A DNA stretch of 64,000 nucleotides from Myxococcales bacterium (GTDB taxonomy: Bacteria > Myxococcota_A > Polyangia > Polyangiales > DASUME01): the NCBI GenBank assembly GCA_047601445.1, contig JASGJH010000001.1, forward strand, positions 2,464,001 through 2,528,000, written 5' to 3'. A program made the position numbers and the translations under genes. The notes under the pieces were generated by a model. It searched no databases. It was given only the letters and a program-made list of their open reading frames with translations, and was not told the DNA's origin. Shown one piece after another: positions 38,581 to 48,106 of the stretch; the stretch's first letter is position 1, and the number at the start of each line of letters is the position of its first letter.

Positions 38581-39786
38581 ATGTGGAAGAACTCAGGAGC
38601 TGCCTTCGCTCTCTTGCTCATGTGGGGCGCCTGCGCGCACGTCGTGCCCGAGCGCGCCCGCGAGGCCAACGTGGGCGGCAGGCCCACCGGGATCACCCGA
38701 GCCGAACTCCAGCAGTCCCTCCAGCGCCTCACAGGAACGATGTCTCAACGCCTGGCGCAGGCCTCGGAGCCGTTCCACACGTCCGACGACCCGCGCGTGA
38801 CCGAGCAGGCCCTGCGTCGGACACTCCTCTACAATGCCTCGGCCCTGGACATCGCGAGTGGCCCCAAGCCCGAGGTCAACCTGCTCGACATGTTGGTGTT
38901 CGCCTCGCTGACGCGGCAGGCCTTCCAGAACTACTGGATGCCCGAGGTTTTCGGCCCCGAAGGCGAGCCCATGTTGCGGGCGCTGGCCGGCTCCGAGGCC
39001 GAGGTCTGGGGTCTGGCGGACAACCTGCTCAGCGCCGAGCAGCGGGCCGATGTGCGCGAGTACATCCGGGAATGGCAAGCCTCGCACCCCGACCAGGTGC
39101 AGGTGGAAGCCGTGCGCCTTTCGGAGTTCGCCAAGCAGGCCGGTAAGAGCGCCCAGGCTCGCAAGACACGCGGTCTGTTGCGCAGTGTCCAACTCGCCGC
39201 CAAGACCGGGGACGACGCGGTGCTGCTCGGCGAGCGCGCGCTGTTCTTGGGCCAGCGCGTGCCGTTCTTGCTGCGTAGCCAGGCACGCCTGGGGGCGATG
39301 GAAGTACTGGGGGACAGCCTGGGTCAGATCGAGCGCGTGGAGACGCTGTTGAATCGCAGCGAGGCGCTGCTCGGGCAGGTCAATGAGCTGAAGCCGACGC
39401 TGGCCGAGGCGAGCGCACTCACGGAGCGCACCGAGAGAGCGTTGAGCGAGGCGCGCGAGTTGGTGACGAGCATTCAGCCGGTGCTGCAAACCTTGACGCC
39501 TCTGCTGCAAAAGCGCGGCGAGCTCACTTCCGAAGAGATCACGCGCGCAGAATGGCTCGCCGAGAACTCTCGGCGTATCTCGGATAATGCTGTGGTCGCC
39601 GTGCGCGAGCTGCGCGAGCTCGCCGCGATCGGCGGGGCGCCCTGGGACGAGGCCCAGCGTCGACTCGATGGCAGCGTGCTGCGCTGGCTGGCAGGACTCG
39701 CGGTGGTGGGTGTGATTCGGATCGTGACGCTCTGTGCAGGCTACGTGACCGTCAAGCGCGCGCTCGCCAGGCGGGGCCCGCCGTGA
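38581..39786 (+). CDS. Hypothetical lipoprotein-like protein with coiled region and C-terminal TM
   Basis: Signal ending WGAC; paralogous to 30728-31648 with an extra helical insert. Confidence 0.7.
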   Translation: MWKNSGAAFALLLMWGACAHVVPERAREANVGGRPTGITRAELQQSLQRLTGTMSQRLAQASEPFHTSDDPRVTEQALRRTLLYNASALDIASGPKPEVNLLDMLVFASLTRQAFQNYWMPEVFGPEGEPMLRALAGSEAEVWGLADNLLSAEQRADVREYIREWQASHPDQVQVEAVRLSEFAKQAGKSAQARKTRGLLRSVQLAAKTGDDAVLLGERALFLGQRVPFLLRSQARLGAMEVLGDSLGQIERVETLLNRSEALLGQVNELKPTLAEASALTERTERALSEARELVTSIQPVLQTLTPLLQKRGELTSEEITRAEWLAENSRRISDNAVVAVRELRELAAIGGAPWDEAQRRLDGSVLRWLAGLAVVGVIRIVTLCAGYVTVKRALARRGPP

Positions 39787-39810
39787 GCTCGACGAAACGG
39801 CGTGGAGCGC

Positions 39811-40815
39811 TCACCACACGTAGTTGATGACCGGGCTGAAGAGCAGCGCGGACTCGGAGCTACCGAGATCACAGCGTACCGACAGCCCCAGGTCGAACCC
39901 CGGCCGACCCGAGTAGTAGAGAGCGAGCTCGAGTTGCCCACGACTGGTCCCGCTCGGCTGCAACGCGGCCACGAAAGGCGGCGTCTGGCTAAGGTCGTGC
40001 ATCAAGCGCCCGCCCACCAGAATGCTGACTGGAACACGAACCTGATTGAGATCGAAGGAGCCTCCCAGCGCCACATCGAGCGTGGTGTAGGTCTGGGCGC
40101 CAGTGCGTTCGCGCGTCTGCGTGTCGACGCTCAGGGCCAGGCTGGTTTGCAGGCCGAACCAGCGCGCGACGCCGACGGCCAGGTTGAGGGACGGCCGAAC
40201 ACGATACAGGCGACCGCTGTCCACGATGCGGGACGTGTGAAAGGGCAGCCGAGTGAGAGAGATGCGCACGTCCTGCAGGGCGCGCCGCGGCACGATGGTC
40301 TGAAAGCGCTGTTCCTCGCCGTCGACGCGCGCCGAGAAATAGAATGCGCCGCGCTCGAGCAAGCGCGTCACCAGCCCGATCCTGCCGCCGTAGGCATAGC
40401 TGGCGCCGGTCCCGAGGATGCCGTCGAGGTCGGTTGCCGATGCGGTGCTACCGAGCAGATTGCCTTCGATGCCGAGCCAACGCAGGAGTGCCCACTCGAA
40501 CAGAAAGTTCTCTTGCAGCGTGACCAGGGTCTCGCTGTTGCCAGCGTCGCGCTGCACCCACAGTGCGCCTGCCGAGGTGACCGCTGCGAACCGCGTGGTG
40601 ACGAGCGGCCAGGTCACCACCTGAAAGGGGATGAAGCGGTGCCCATTCAGCATCCGCGCAGGGGCAACACGGGCCGCCTCACAGACCTCCGGGCATTCAG
40701 GACTGCCCGGTGCGCGCTCGGCTCCTTCATCGGCCTGCGCCGGCTGCTCCGCGCAAAGGAGCGGGAGGATGACGGCGAGGCACGAAAGCCACGCGGCGAG
40801 TGGCCGAGTCCCCAT
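39811..40815 (-). CDS. Hypothetical secreted protein, probable outer-membrane beta-barrel
   Basis: Signal peptide, amphipathic beta-strand pattern, terminal INYVW aromatic signature. Confidence 0.55.
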   Translation of the reverse strand: MGTRPLAAWLSCLAVILPLLCAEQPAQADEGAERAPGSPECPEVCEAARVAPARMLNGHRFIPFQVVTWPLVTTRFAAVTSAGALWVQRDAGNSETLVTLQENFLFEWALLRWLGIEGNLLGSTASATDLDGILGTGASYAYGGRIGLVTRLLERGAFYFSARVDGEEQRFQTIVPRRALQDVRISLTRLPFHTSRIVDSGRLYRVRPSLNLAVGVARWFGLQTSLALSVDTQTRERTGAQTYTTLDVALGGSFDLNQVRVPVSILVGGRLMHDLSQTPPFVAALQPSGTSRGQLELALYYSGRPGFDLGLSVRCDLGSSESALLFSPVINYVW

Positions 40816-40976
40816 GTATCCGCTCCGCAGAAGCCTCTAGGAAGCTGTGCTGAGCCGGGCGAACCTGCAAGGCCGAAGAGAACTTGCTCCCAGGCCGCGG
40901 ACGGTCCCGCGTCGTCGGGCAGGGACTTGCTGGATGGCTGGCGCGCGTGCAACGAAGCGCGCCCACCCCACAACCG

Positions 40977-41544
40977 TCAGAGGATGGGCGACTCGGCGAC
41001 CTGGCCGCAGGTGTTGGCCTTCTGCGAGCACACGCTGGCGGCTTGCTGATTCTTGGCGCGCTTCCCGCATCGCGCCCTCGTCGCCCGCACGGCGACAGGA
41101 GAGGCGATCGAGGATGTCGTACACGAAGTTGAGGTTCACGTTCACGCAGCCCTCGAGCTCGACCACGCTGCTCTCGCAGGTATTGAGGCTCGCCACGCAC
41201 GCAGCCTCGTTTTGAACGCGGGCGCTCACGTTGCCCGTGACGATGAAGTTCTCGGTGCAGTCCGCGAGGTACGCCTCACAACTCTGCTCGGTGGTGCCGC
41301 CCAGCAGTAGCGACGTGGGCAGACACACCGCCCGAGCCACCTGGTTCAGGTCCAGATAGGCGTCCACATGGGCCCCGTAGGTCTCGCAGATCTTGTGCTT
41401 GTCTTCGGTCGACAGCTCGGACACCGGGGCGTCGGACTTCACGCCGCTCTTGTAGGGCGGTGGGTCGCGATCGTCGTCGCCGCAGGCCGCGGCAGCAAGG
41501 ACCAGGAGTCCGATCGAGGAGGCGTAGGCAAGGGAGGTCTTCAT
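40977..41544 (-). pseudogene. Cys-rich lipoprotein with apparent +1 frameshift near 41058 (or sequencing error)
   Basis: Lipobox LAAAC. After MREA the Cys-containing continuation AKNQQAASVCSQKANTCGQVAESPIL* is in another frame. Confidence 0.55.
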
Positions 41545-41620
41545 CGGGGCGACCTTCTCCCATCTCGGGCCGCCGCGCAACCTGGCGGGTCCCCCGGGTC
41601 ATGCTTGGAGGCCTCCGGAA

Positions 41621-41950
41621 TCAGTTCAGGAGCGGCCCTACTACGCGAAAATACAGCGTGAGGGGCGAACCACAGTCCCGGCAGATCAGGTGCACCGCGC
41701 GCACCAGCTGGCTCTCGCGCCGGCCCGCCGTGTGCTCCTCGGCGCGCAAGGGGCCGTCGCAATCCGGACAGCGAAACGACTCCGCGCGCGGCTCGACCAC
41801 CGCCGCCGAGTCGACCTCGATGGGTCGCTCCGGCGAGCCCCCGCGCTCGAGCGCCACGAGCTTGCGGCGCGACCCGGCCAGCTTGTCCTGGCTACGCTCC
41901 AGGGTGCGGCGCAAGGTGCGCGTGCGCTGTGGGCGCTTCTTCTTGGTCAC
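41621..41950 (-). CDS. Small hypothetical Zn-ribbon protein
   Basis: CPDC...CRDC pair, basic N-terminus; GTG start inferred. Confidence 0.6.
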   Translation of the reverse strand: MTKKKRPQRTRTLRRTLERSQDKLAGSRRKLVALERGGSPERPIEVDSAAVVEPRAESFRCPDCDGPLRAEEHTAGRRESQLVRAVHLICRDCGSPLTLYFRVVGPLLN

Positions 41951-42061
41951 GGGCGGGAGCCTAGCATCGCCGCGCGAGCCGCCCCAAAACGCGAGCGGGG
42001 AGCGACGAATCCTCGTCACTCCCCGCGCACGTCCTGGCAAGTCGGCTAGCGCCGAGTCAGG

Positions 42062-43051
42062 TCAGCGCGTGCCCGGCATGTTCTTGGGCATGGTGGGCGA
42101 GTTCGGCGTGCTGGGCATCGAGGGCTTCACGGGCTGCGGCGGCGTGAGGTTCGAGCCAGGCGAGGTACGCGGCATGTTGTTCGGCGAGTTCATGCTGCCC
42201 TGCGGGCCCGTGGGGGCCTCCGGGTTTTGCACGACGATCTCGACGCGGCGGTTGTTGGCGCGGCCCTCGGGGCTGCTGTTGTCCGCGATGGGATGCGAGA
42301 AGCCAAAACCCTGAGCCTCGATCTGGTCCTTGGGGATTCCCTTCGAGACCAGGAAGCTGCGGACGGATTCGGCGCGCTTGAGCGAGAGCGCGTCGTTGAG
42401 CTGCGCCGAGCCCGTGGAGTCCGTGTGACCCTCCACCAGGAGCTGAGCCTGCGGATCGTTATGGAGCACCGCGTCGGCCACTTCCTTGAGGCGACGTTTG
42501 GCGGCCGGCAAGAGGCTGCTCTTGCCGCTCGCGAACAGGAGCGAACCGGAGAGCGAGATCACGGTGCCGCGCTGGTCCGCCGACACCTTGCCGAACTTGG
42601 CCAGGCTATCGTAGGCCTCCTGGGCCCTGCGCTCGGCGTCCTCACGACGCGTACGCTCGGTAGCCAACTCTTCCTTGGCCTTGCTGGCCTCGTTGCGCGC
42701 GCGAGCGATCATGCGGGCTTCGGAGACCTCCGCCTGATGACGCCACTGCGCGGACTCCTTGTCCGCCTGCAGAATGCGCGCCTGCACCTCGGCGAGCTGA
42801 GCCTTGCGCATCGCCACGTAGGAGCGGTCGCGCGCGCGGAACGAGTTGCCCTCGTCTTCGTAGGTCTGTTCGGCCAGCACCAGAGTCTGCTTGGCCACGT
42901 GGAGCTGCGCCGGATTCACCTCGGCGGCGGGACCCGAAGCGGCCCGGTTGTAGGCGGCGCGCGCGTCGGACAGCTCCTTGGGCGGCGTGCCTGCGCAGCC
43001 GATGAGCGTGAGTCCCGCCAGCGTCAAAATCGATGTTGCTTTGAGTTTCAT
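42062..43051 (-). CDS. DUF4398-OmpA family peptidoglycan-binding lipoprotein
   Basis: Lipobox LIGC, LFASGKS, EGHTDSTG, LSLKRA, NRRVEI, Pro-rich tail. Confidence 0.88.
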   Translation of the reverse strand: MKLKATSILTLAGLTLIGCAGTPPKELSDARAAYNRAASGPAAEVNPAQLHVAKQTLVLAEQTYEDEGNSFRARDRSYVAMRKAQLAEVQARILQADKESAQWRHQAEVSEARMIARARNEASKAKEELATERTRREDAERRAQEAYDSLAKFGKVSADQRGTVISLSGSLLFASGKSSLLPAAKRRLKEVADAVLHNDPQAQLLVEGHTDSTGSAQLNDALSLKRAESVRSFLVSKGIPKDQIEAQGFGFSHPIADNSSPEGRANNRRVEIVVQNPEAPTGPQGSMNSPNNMPRTSPGSNLTPPQPVKPSMPSTPNSPTMPKNMPGTR

Positions 43052-43083
43052 ACGACTGGTTCCTATCTTCGCGGTTTGACGCT

Positions 43084-43461
43084 TCACTGGGACAGATTCT
43101 GTTGGGCCACGCTCTCGCGCTCACGCTCTGCAGCGAGGCGCGCCAGCTCGGCGGACTGTTGGGCACGGCGACGTGCGGCTTCCTCGCGGGTCAGCGCGAG
43201 CGAGAGCGCGGCGTCGTTGTAGGCACGCAACGTCATGTAGTCGGCGTGCTCGTTGTTGCCCTTCGCCATCATCTTCTTGGCAGTGGTGATCTGCTCTTCC
43301 GACATCTTCAGCTGCAGCGCCGCCTCGGGCACTTGGGTGGCGCCAGCCTCCTGGGCGCCTCGTGCAGCCGCGACGGAGCTCGCGAGGTGCTCAGTCGGAG
43401 CCGGGTAACTCGCGCAAGCAGCCGTAGTCAGCGCAAGCGCACACAGAAGTTTGGTTTTCAT
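43084..43461 (-). CDS. DUF4398-like helical lipoprotein
   Basis: Lipobox TAAC, AARGAQEAGA...A.LQL pattern; typical partner upstream of OmpA lipoproteins. Confidence 0.7.
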   Translation of the reverse strand: MKTKLLCALALTTAACASYPAPTEHLASSVAAARGAQEAGATQVPEAALQLKMSEEQITTAKKMMAKGNNEHADYMTLRAYNDAALSLALTREEAARRRAQQSAELARLAAERERESVAQQNLSQ

Positions 43462-43511
43462 TTGAAGGCCCCCCTCCTAACAAATCAGTTCGGTCTTCCG
43501 CAGCTCGACTC

Positions 43512-43528
43512 AGCGAACTTCATGCCAA
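43512..43528 (-). promoter_or_regulatory. Sigma54-type -24/-12 promoter for the DUF4398-OmpA genes
   Basis: Minus strand TTGGCATGAAGTTCGCT (GG-N10-GC), about 50 bp upstream of the ATG. Confidence 0.5.
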
Positions 43529-43729
43529 GCGCTTACACTCAGAAAAAGCGCAAAAACGCGCGCTTCATCGGGGCAAAGCGACGCAGCCCCCGCGACCGCG
43601 CCTCACCTCAACCCCTGGAAACAGCACGCTTTCGCGCATGTGCTGATGTGAGCGCTCGAAGCTGCGACGGGAAGCACTGTCCCTGGAAGATCCGCATCGA
43701 ATGCCTCGAGACGCGCGGCCGGGCCCAGC

Positions 43730-43746
43730 TTGGCAAGCAGCTTGCA
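43730..43746 (+). promoter_or_regulatory. Sigma54-type -24/-12 promoter for the 43801 gene
   Basis: TTGGCAAGCAGCTTGCA (GG-N10-GC with TTGC), about 55 bp upstream of the ATG. Confidence 0.6.
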
Positions 43747-43800
43747 CAGCGCCTCTTACGCAGGCCTCACCTGATGAACGGCCAGCATTGGAGAAAGCAC

Positions 43801-44466
43801 ATGCGTCAGTCTCTTCGTTTCGTTGTGAGCCTGTCGGCTGTTGCGACCGTCTGGGGCGCGGGCCTTTCCCTCGCCAGCGCGCAGGAGTCGAGTCCGCAAG
43901 CCAACACGCCCAGCCCTGGTCCGGTCTTGCCGGCGTCGCCCGATACCAGCGGCGTCGACACCACGGCCGGCACCGTGGGTTCGCAGGGAGGGTCCTTGCC
44001 GGGCTACGAGCCGGCGTCCCCATACATGACCACGACGGAGACCCCGGCCTTCACGATTTCGGACCCGAATGAGCCGGTGATCGACGCGAAGACCACGCGC
44101 ACACGTCGCCCGAATCTGCCGCTCCTCGGTACCAGCAGCTTGCTGTTCTTGGGCAGCTACATCCCCACGATCGCGTATCAGGGGGCCAAGGATCGGAATG
44201 ACAACCTCTTCGTCCCCATCGCGGGTCCCTGGATGGACCTCTCCCAGGGCCACCACAGCACCTCGGAGAAGACTCTGCTCTCGCTGTCTGGTGTCATGCA
44301 GGGCTTGGGTGCGCTCGGCGTAGTCAGCAGCTTCTTCGTGCCCGAGCGCCGGACGCGCAACTGGTCGCTGGTGGGCATGCGCCACGACGGGCGCCGCGCG
44401 TCCATCGTGGTGGAACCCCGCATGGCGAAGGGTCAGTACGGGTTTGGCGCAGGCGGCCGCTTCTGA
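43801..44466 (+). CDS. Hypothetical exported/membrane protein
   Basis: Signal peptide (ASAQ), Pro/Thr linker, LFVPIAGPW motif, terminal GGRF; GGAG RBS. Confidence 0.65.
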   Translation: MRQSLRFVVSLSAVATVWGAGLSLASAQESSPQANTPSPGPVLPASPDTSGVDTTAGTVGSQGGSLPGYEPASPYMTTTETPAFTISDPNEPVIDAKTTRTRRPNLPLLGTSSLLFLGSYIPTIAYQGAKDRNDNLFVPIAGPWMDLSQGHHSTSEKTLLSLSGVMQGLGALGVVSSFFVPERRTRNWSLVGMRHDGRRASIVVEPRMAKGQYGFGAGGRF

Positions 44467-44534
44467 GGCAGCCCGGCCGCGTACTGGCGGCTTTTCGATA
44501 GCGCACGGCCGCAAGGCTTGGCATATGAGCGCCA

Positions 44535-45182
44535 ATGAGTGCTCAGCCCAACGCCAAGGCGCTATTGGACCAACTTTTTGAGGCAGATCGACGGGTACGC
44601 GAGGCCGAAGCTTCGCTGCTCGCGTCTGCGTCTGGGGGCACCGACCTCGAGCGCGCCCTCGAGCGCGCTGCCGACGAGGCGGCCGGACTCAAGGACAGCG
44701 CAGAGGGAGTCGCTCGGCTGGTTCGCCTGAGTGATCTGTGTGCTCAGGTACAGGGTCCGCGCATGGCGGATACCCTGCTCGGTATCCTGAATCACGAAGA
44801 GCCCCAGGTGCGCGTGGCTGCCGGGGAGGCCCTGCGCGACTTCGCCTACGACCGCTATGCGGAAGTGGCGCGTGCCGTGGAGCGTCTGCTCGAGCGCGAC
44901 GCGCAGGGTCCAGCACTCTCCGAGGTGCCCTGGATCCTGGCCGAGATCGCGGAGCCCAGTGCGGTGCCGCTGATCTCGCGCTGCCTCAAGCATCGCGACC
45001 CCGAAGTGGTGGCCTCGGCCATCGAGGCGTTGGCGGAGGTGGGCGATCCCGAGGCCATTCCGCTGCTGGAGCCACTCACCAAGGACAAGCGCGTGGTCGA
45101 TCTCGACGAAGGCGAGACCGCCTTCTCCACCACGCTCGGAGAGCTCGCGCGCGAGGCCATCGAAGAGCTCGACGCCCGATGA
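44535..45182 (+). CDS. HEAT-repeat protein
   Basis: PQVRVAAGEAL, PEVVASAIEALAEVGDPEAIPLL repeats. Confidence 0.75.
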   Translation: MSAQPNAKALLDQLFEADRRVREAEASLLASASGGTDLERALERAADEAAGLKDSAEGVARLVRLSDLCAQVQGPRMADTLLGILNHEEPQVRVAAGEALRDFAYDRYAEVARAVERLLERDAQGPALSEVPWILAEIAEPSAVPLISRCLKHRDPEVVASAIEALAEVGDPEAIPLLEPLTKDKRVVDLDEGETAFSTTLGELAREAIEELDAR

Positions 45183-45961
45183 AATCCATCAAGCACACCT
45201 GGCTCATCACGGGTGCGGCCAGCGGCATCGGTCGCGAGCTGGCCAATCAGCTGGCCCGGAAGGGCGAACGCCTGGTGCTGTGGGATCGCGACGCGGAGAA
45301 CCTCGAGCGCGCCGCGAGCCTGCTCGGCCCGGCGGTGCGTCACGCCCACACGGTGGACATCGTGAGCTCCGAGGCCACGCGCGAAGCCGCACAGCGCTCG
45401 GTGGACGCGGCAGGTCCTATCACTCGCGCCATTCACTGCGCCGGCATCTTGCGCGTCGGCTCGGCCCTGACGATGTCCGCCACCGACTACCGGGCCATGA
45501 TGGAGGTGAACTTCCTCGGCACCGTGCACGTGGCCCGCGCCCTGGTCCCGGTGCTGATCGACGCGGGCAAGCGCATGGGCGGCTCCAAGCTCGTGTTCAT
45601 CTCCAGCATCGCGGGACTGCGCGGTATCCCCACCTTGGCGGGCTACTCGGCCAGCAAGTACGCGGTCATCGGCTTCGCCCAAGCGCTACGCGACGAGCTC
45701 TACGACGAGCCGCTCGACATCCGTGTCGTGTGTCCGCCACCCGTGGACACGCCCATGGTCAACAATCTCCCGGAAATTCCGGCCGTCTATCGGCTCTCGC
45801 CGCCTCAACCGGTAGACCTCGTGGCCGGTCGCCTGCTGGAGTCGCTGGAGCGCGACGAATGGATTGCCACATTGGATGCGCCCACCAAGATCCTGTGGCG
45901 CATGCAGCGTGCCCTGCCGAGCGGCCTCGATTGGGCGCTGCGCAAGGCGAGCCGCCGCTGA
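45179..45961 (+). CDS. Short-chain dehydrogenase/reductase
   Basis: TGAASGIG, HCAG, YSASK; ATGA overlap with the HEAT gene. Confidence 0.85.
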   Translation: MKSIKHTWLITGAASGIGRELANQLARKGERLVLWDRDAENLERAASLLGPAVRHAHTVDIVSSEATREAAQRSVDAAGPITRAIHCAGILRVGSALTMSATDYRAMMEVNFLGTVHVARALVPVLIDAGKRMGGSKLVFISSIAGLRGIPTLAGYSASKYAVIGFAQALRDELYDEPLDIRVVCPPPVDTPMVNNLPEIPAVYRLSPPQPVDLVAGRLLESLERDEWIATLDAPTKILWRMQRALPSGLDWALRKASRR

Positions 45962-46093
45962 ACCCGTCAAGTCACGGGGAGGGCACGCGCCCTCCCCGCC
46001 CGTCGCGGCAAAGCCGCGCTCGGACCCACCCCACCGCGAGGTTCGCTGCCCCGACGAGCTAGGCCATGCCGAACCGAAGGGCGCGCTTCGACC

Positions 46094-47152
46094 TCAACGT
46101 CGAGGGCGTGCCCGGGCGCGGAGTTTGGCGCGCGTGGCGCGGGCCTTGTCGCTCGGCAAGAGCGCCATGTAGTCGAGCGGCGTATCCACGGTGGGCGGTT
46201 CGGCATCCCCCTCGGGCGCCTGCGAGCGCAGCGCGTCTCCCAGTGCGGCCATCGCCTCCGCCCCCTCCACCGAGGCGGGCTTGAAGCCCGTGACCGCCGC
46301 CAGCAGTGCGCCGTGCGTGCGTGCACCGACCATCTTGCGCCGCGCCAGGTCCGCGTAGCTGGCGGCCAGCGCTTCCGGGCTGAACGAGTGGGAGCGCACC
46401 AGCTCTAGCCCGACCCGCATCACCACGTCCGCGTCGACCAGACCGTCCTCCAGCAGCACCACCGCGGGCTGGAAGTAGTTGTGGAACGCGCACACGCGCC
46501 GCCCGAAATCGGCGAATACCGTGCTCGGCTCCACCCGCTCCAGGTGGATGAAGATGCGACGCGCGATGTCTTGCTTGGGCACGGAGCGCGCCAACTCCAG
46601 CAACGCGGCCGCGTCGTCGTCGTAGGCGCGCGATGCCTCGAGGATGCTCGCCAGCACGTTGAGCCCGACGGCACCGGAACACAGGTCGGCGTAGAGCGAG
46701 TACACGAAGGCGTCGGCCTCCGCGTCGTCACCGAACATCACTTCGTCGCACTCCTCGCCCACCGCAATACGCGAGCTCAGCAGCGCGTGCAGCTTGTAGC
46801 TCACCTGGTCCCGCAAAAAGCGGAAGCGTCCGCGCAGGAGCTTGTTGAGCGAGGGCTTGAGCACGAGGCCGTCGTAGCTGATGCCATCGAGGGCGAGCTT
46901 TTCGACGATCACCTTGCGCATCTGCTGCGGACTGCCCGACAGGATGTACAAGCCCTTGGGATTGGTGGCACAGAGCTCCCGCAGCAGGACTTGAGCCCCC
47001 GGGAACGTGCGCTTGTCCGCCGCCTTTTCGAAGGCCGCTCGCACCAGTCCTTTGAAGGAGTCGAAGTCGGTGCTCAGGTAGGTCTTGTCGAGATCCCAAC
47101 GATAGACCGTGCCGTTCGCCCTGAGCTGTCGCGCCGTTGCCTCAGCCGTCAC
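46094..47152 (-). CDS. App1/DUF2183-like HAD phosphatase-domain protein
   Basis: WDLDKT, LSGSP, YK, FGDDAEAD motifs. Confidence 0.65.
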   Translation of the reverse strand: MTAEATARQLRANGTVYRWDLDKTYLSTDFDSFKGLVRAAFEKAADKRTFPGAQVLLRELCATNPKGLYILSGSPQQMRKVIVEKLALDGISYDGLVLKPSLNKLLRGRFRFLRDQVSYKLHALLSSRIAVGEECDEVMFGDDAEADAFVYSLYADLCSGAVGLNVLASILEASRAYDDDAAALLELARSVPKQDIARRIFIHLERVEPSTVFADFGRRVCAFHNYFQPAVVLLEDGLVDADVVMRVGLELVRSHSFSPEALAASYADLARRKMVGARTHGALLAAVTGFKPASVEGAEAMAALGDALRSQAPEGDAEPPTVDTPLDYMALLPSDKARATRAKLRARARPRR

Positions 47153-47263
47153 CTCGCGAGGCTACCGCGGGAGGGCTTTCGGGGCCAAGCTACGCGAGTA
47201 GAATGCGTTCGGCTCGCCGCCGCGTAGGTCACGCGGGCGGACGAGGGTCTAGAGGTCCGGTCG

Positions 47264-47980
47264 ATGCGTCCATCCCAGGGAATCCCTCAGTCGTCTCCCG
47301 ACGTGCTCGTGCTCGCGGCACACGCGCCCGAGTTCGTGGGCCTGCGTCCTCATCTCGGTGATCAACTCAGCGGCCAGCTGCGCGGGCTGCACGTGGTGGC
47401 CAAGACCATCGGCGTGGGCATGGCGGTCTCGGGCGCGGGCACGGCGAATCGCCTCATGCAGCTGAATCCGCGCGCCGTCATCTTGCTCGGCAGCTGCGGC
47501 ATCTATCCGAGCCCGGGTGACTACCGTCCCCTGGATATGGTGGTCCCACGCAGCTGCCACCTGTTCGACCCATCCGTGGCAGCGGGCAAGGCCGAGTTTC
47601 CGGACCCGATGCAGACCGTGCTCGACACCCACCCCGCGCTGAGCGCCGGGCTGTTGGCCGCGGCCGGGCCACGCTCCCATGCCTCCCGGGTCGCCAACAC
47701 CCTGGCCATTACCACCGACGACGGGGTCGCCCGGGCGGTCCATCCCGCCACCGGGCTCGACGCCGAGAACCTGGAAATCTTTCCGGTGGCCGTGGCCTGC
47801 AAGGCCGCCGATATCCCCTTCGCCGCCGTGCTCGGGGTGACCAATATGGTTGGGTCCACCGGGCGCGTAGACTGGCGGCAGTTTCAGCGAGATGCGGCCG
47901 TAGGCGCAGCGGAGGTCTTCGTGAACTGGGCTTTTAGTGGCGCTTCCGGGCTACCCAACGCCCCACCCCGAGGCCCATGA
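47264..47980 (+). CDS. Nucleoside phosphorylase / MTAN-MqnB-like protein
   Basis: VLAAH..E, GVG, LLGSCG, AENLE, VLGVTN.VG. Confidence 0.65.
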   Translation: MRPSQGIPQSSPDVLVLAAHAPEFVGLRPHLGDQLSGQLRGLHVVAKTIGVGMAVSGAGTANRLMQLNPRAVILLGSCGIYPSPGDYRPLDMVVPRSCHLFDPSVAAGKAEFPDPMQTVLDTHPALSAGLLAAAGPRSHASRVANTLAITTDDGVARAVHPATGLDAENLEIFPVAVACKAADIPFAAVLGVTNMVGSTGRVDWRQFQRDAAVGAAEVFVNWAFSGASGLPNAPPRGP

Positions 47981-48106
47981 GCCGAGTTGACACTGCTCAT
48001 ACGACCAGCAACGATGGGAACATCGCTTTCGGGAGCTGTCGTACATAGGAAGCATCCGGTTGTGGAGTCGCAGGACGCGCTCGTGTTATCAAAAAGGGAC
48101 TTGGCA

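Noticed and set aside
30728..43461. Mobile element or prophage call for the accessory block
   Set aside because: No integrase, transposase, tRNA or flanking direct repeats were seen.
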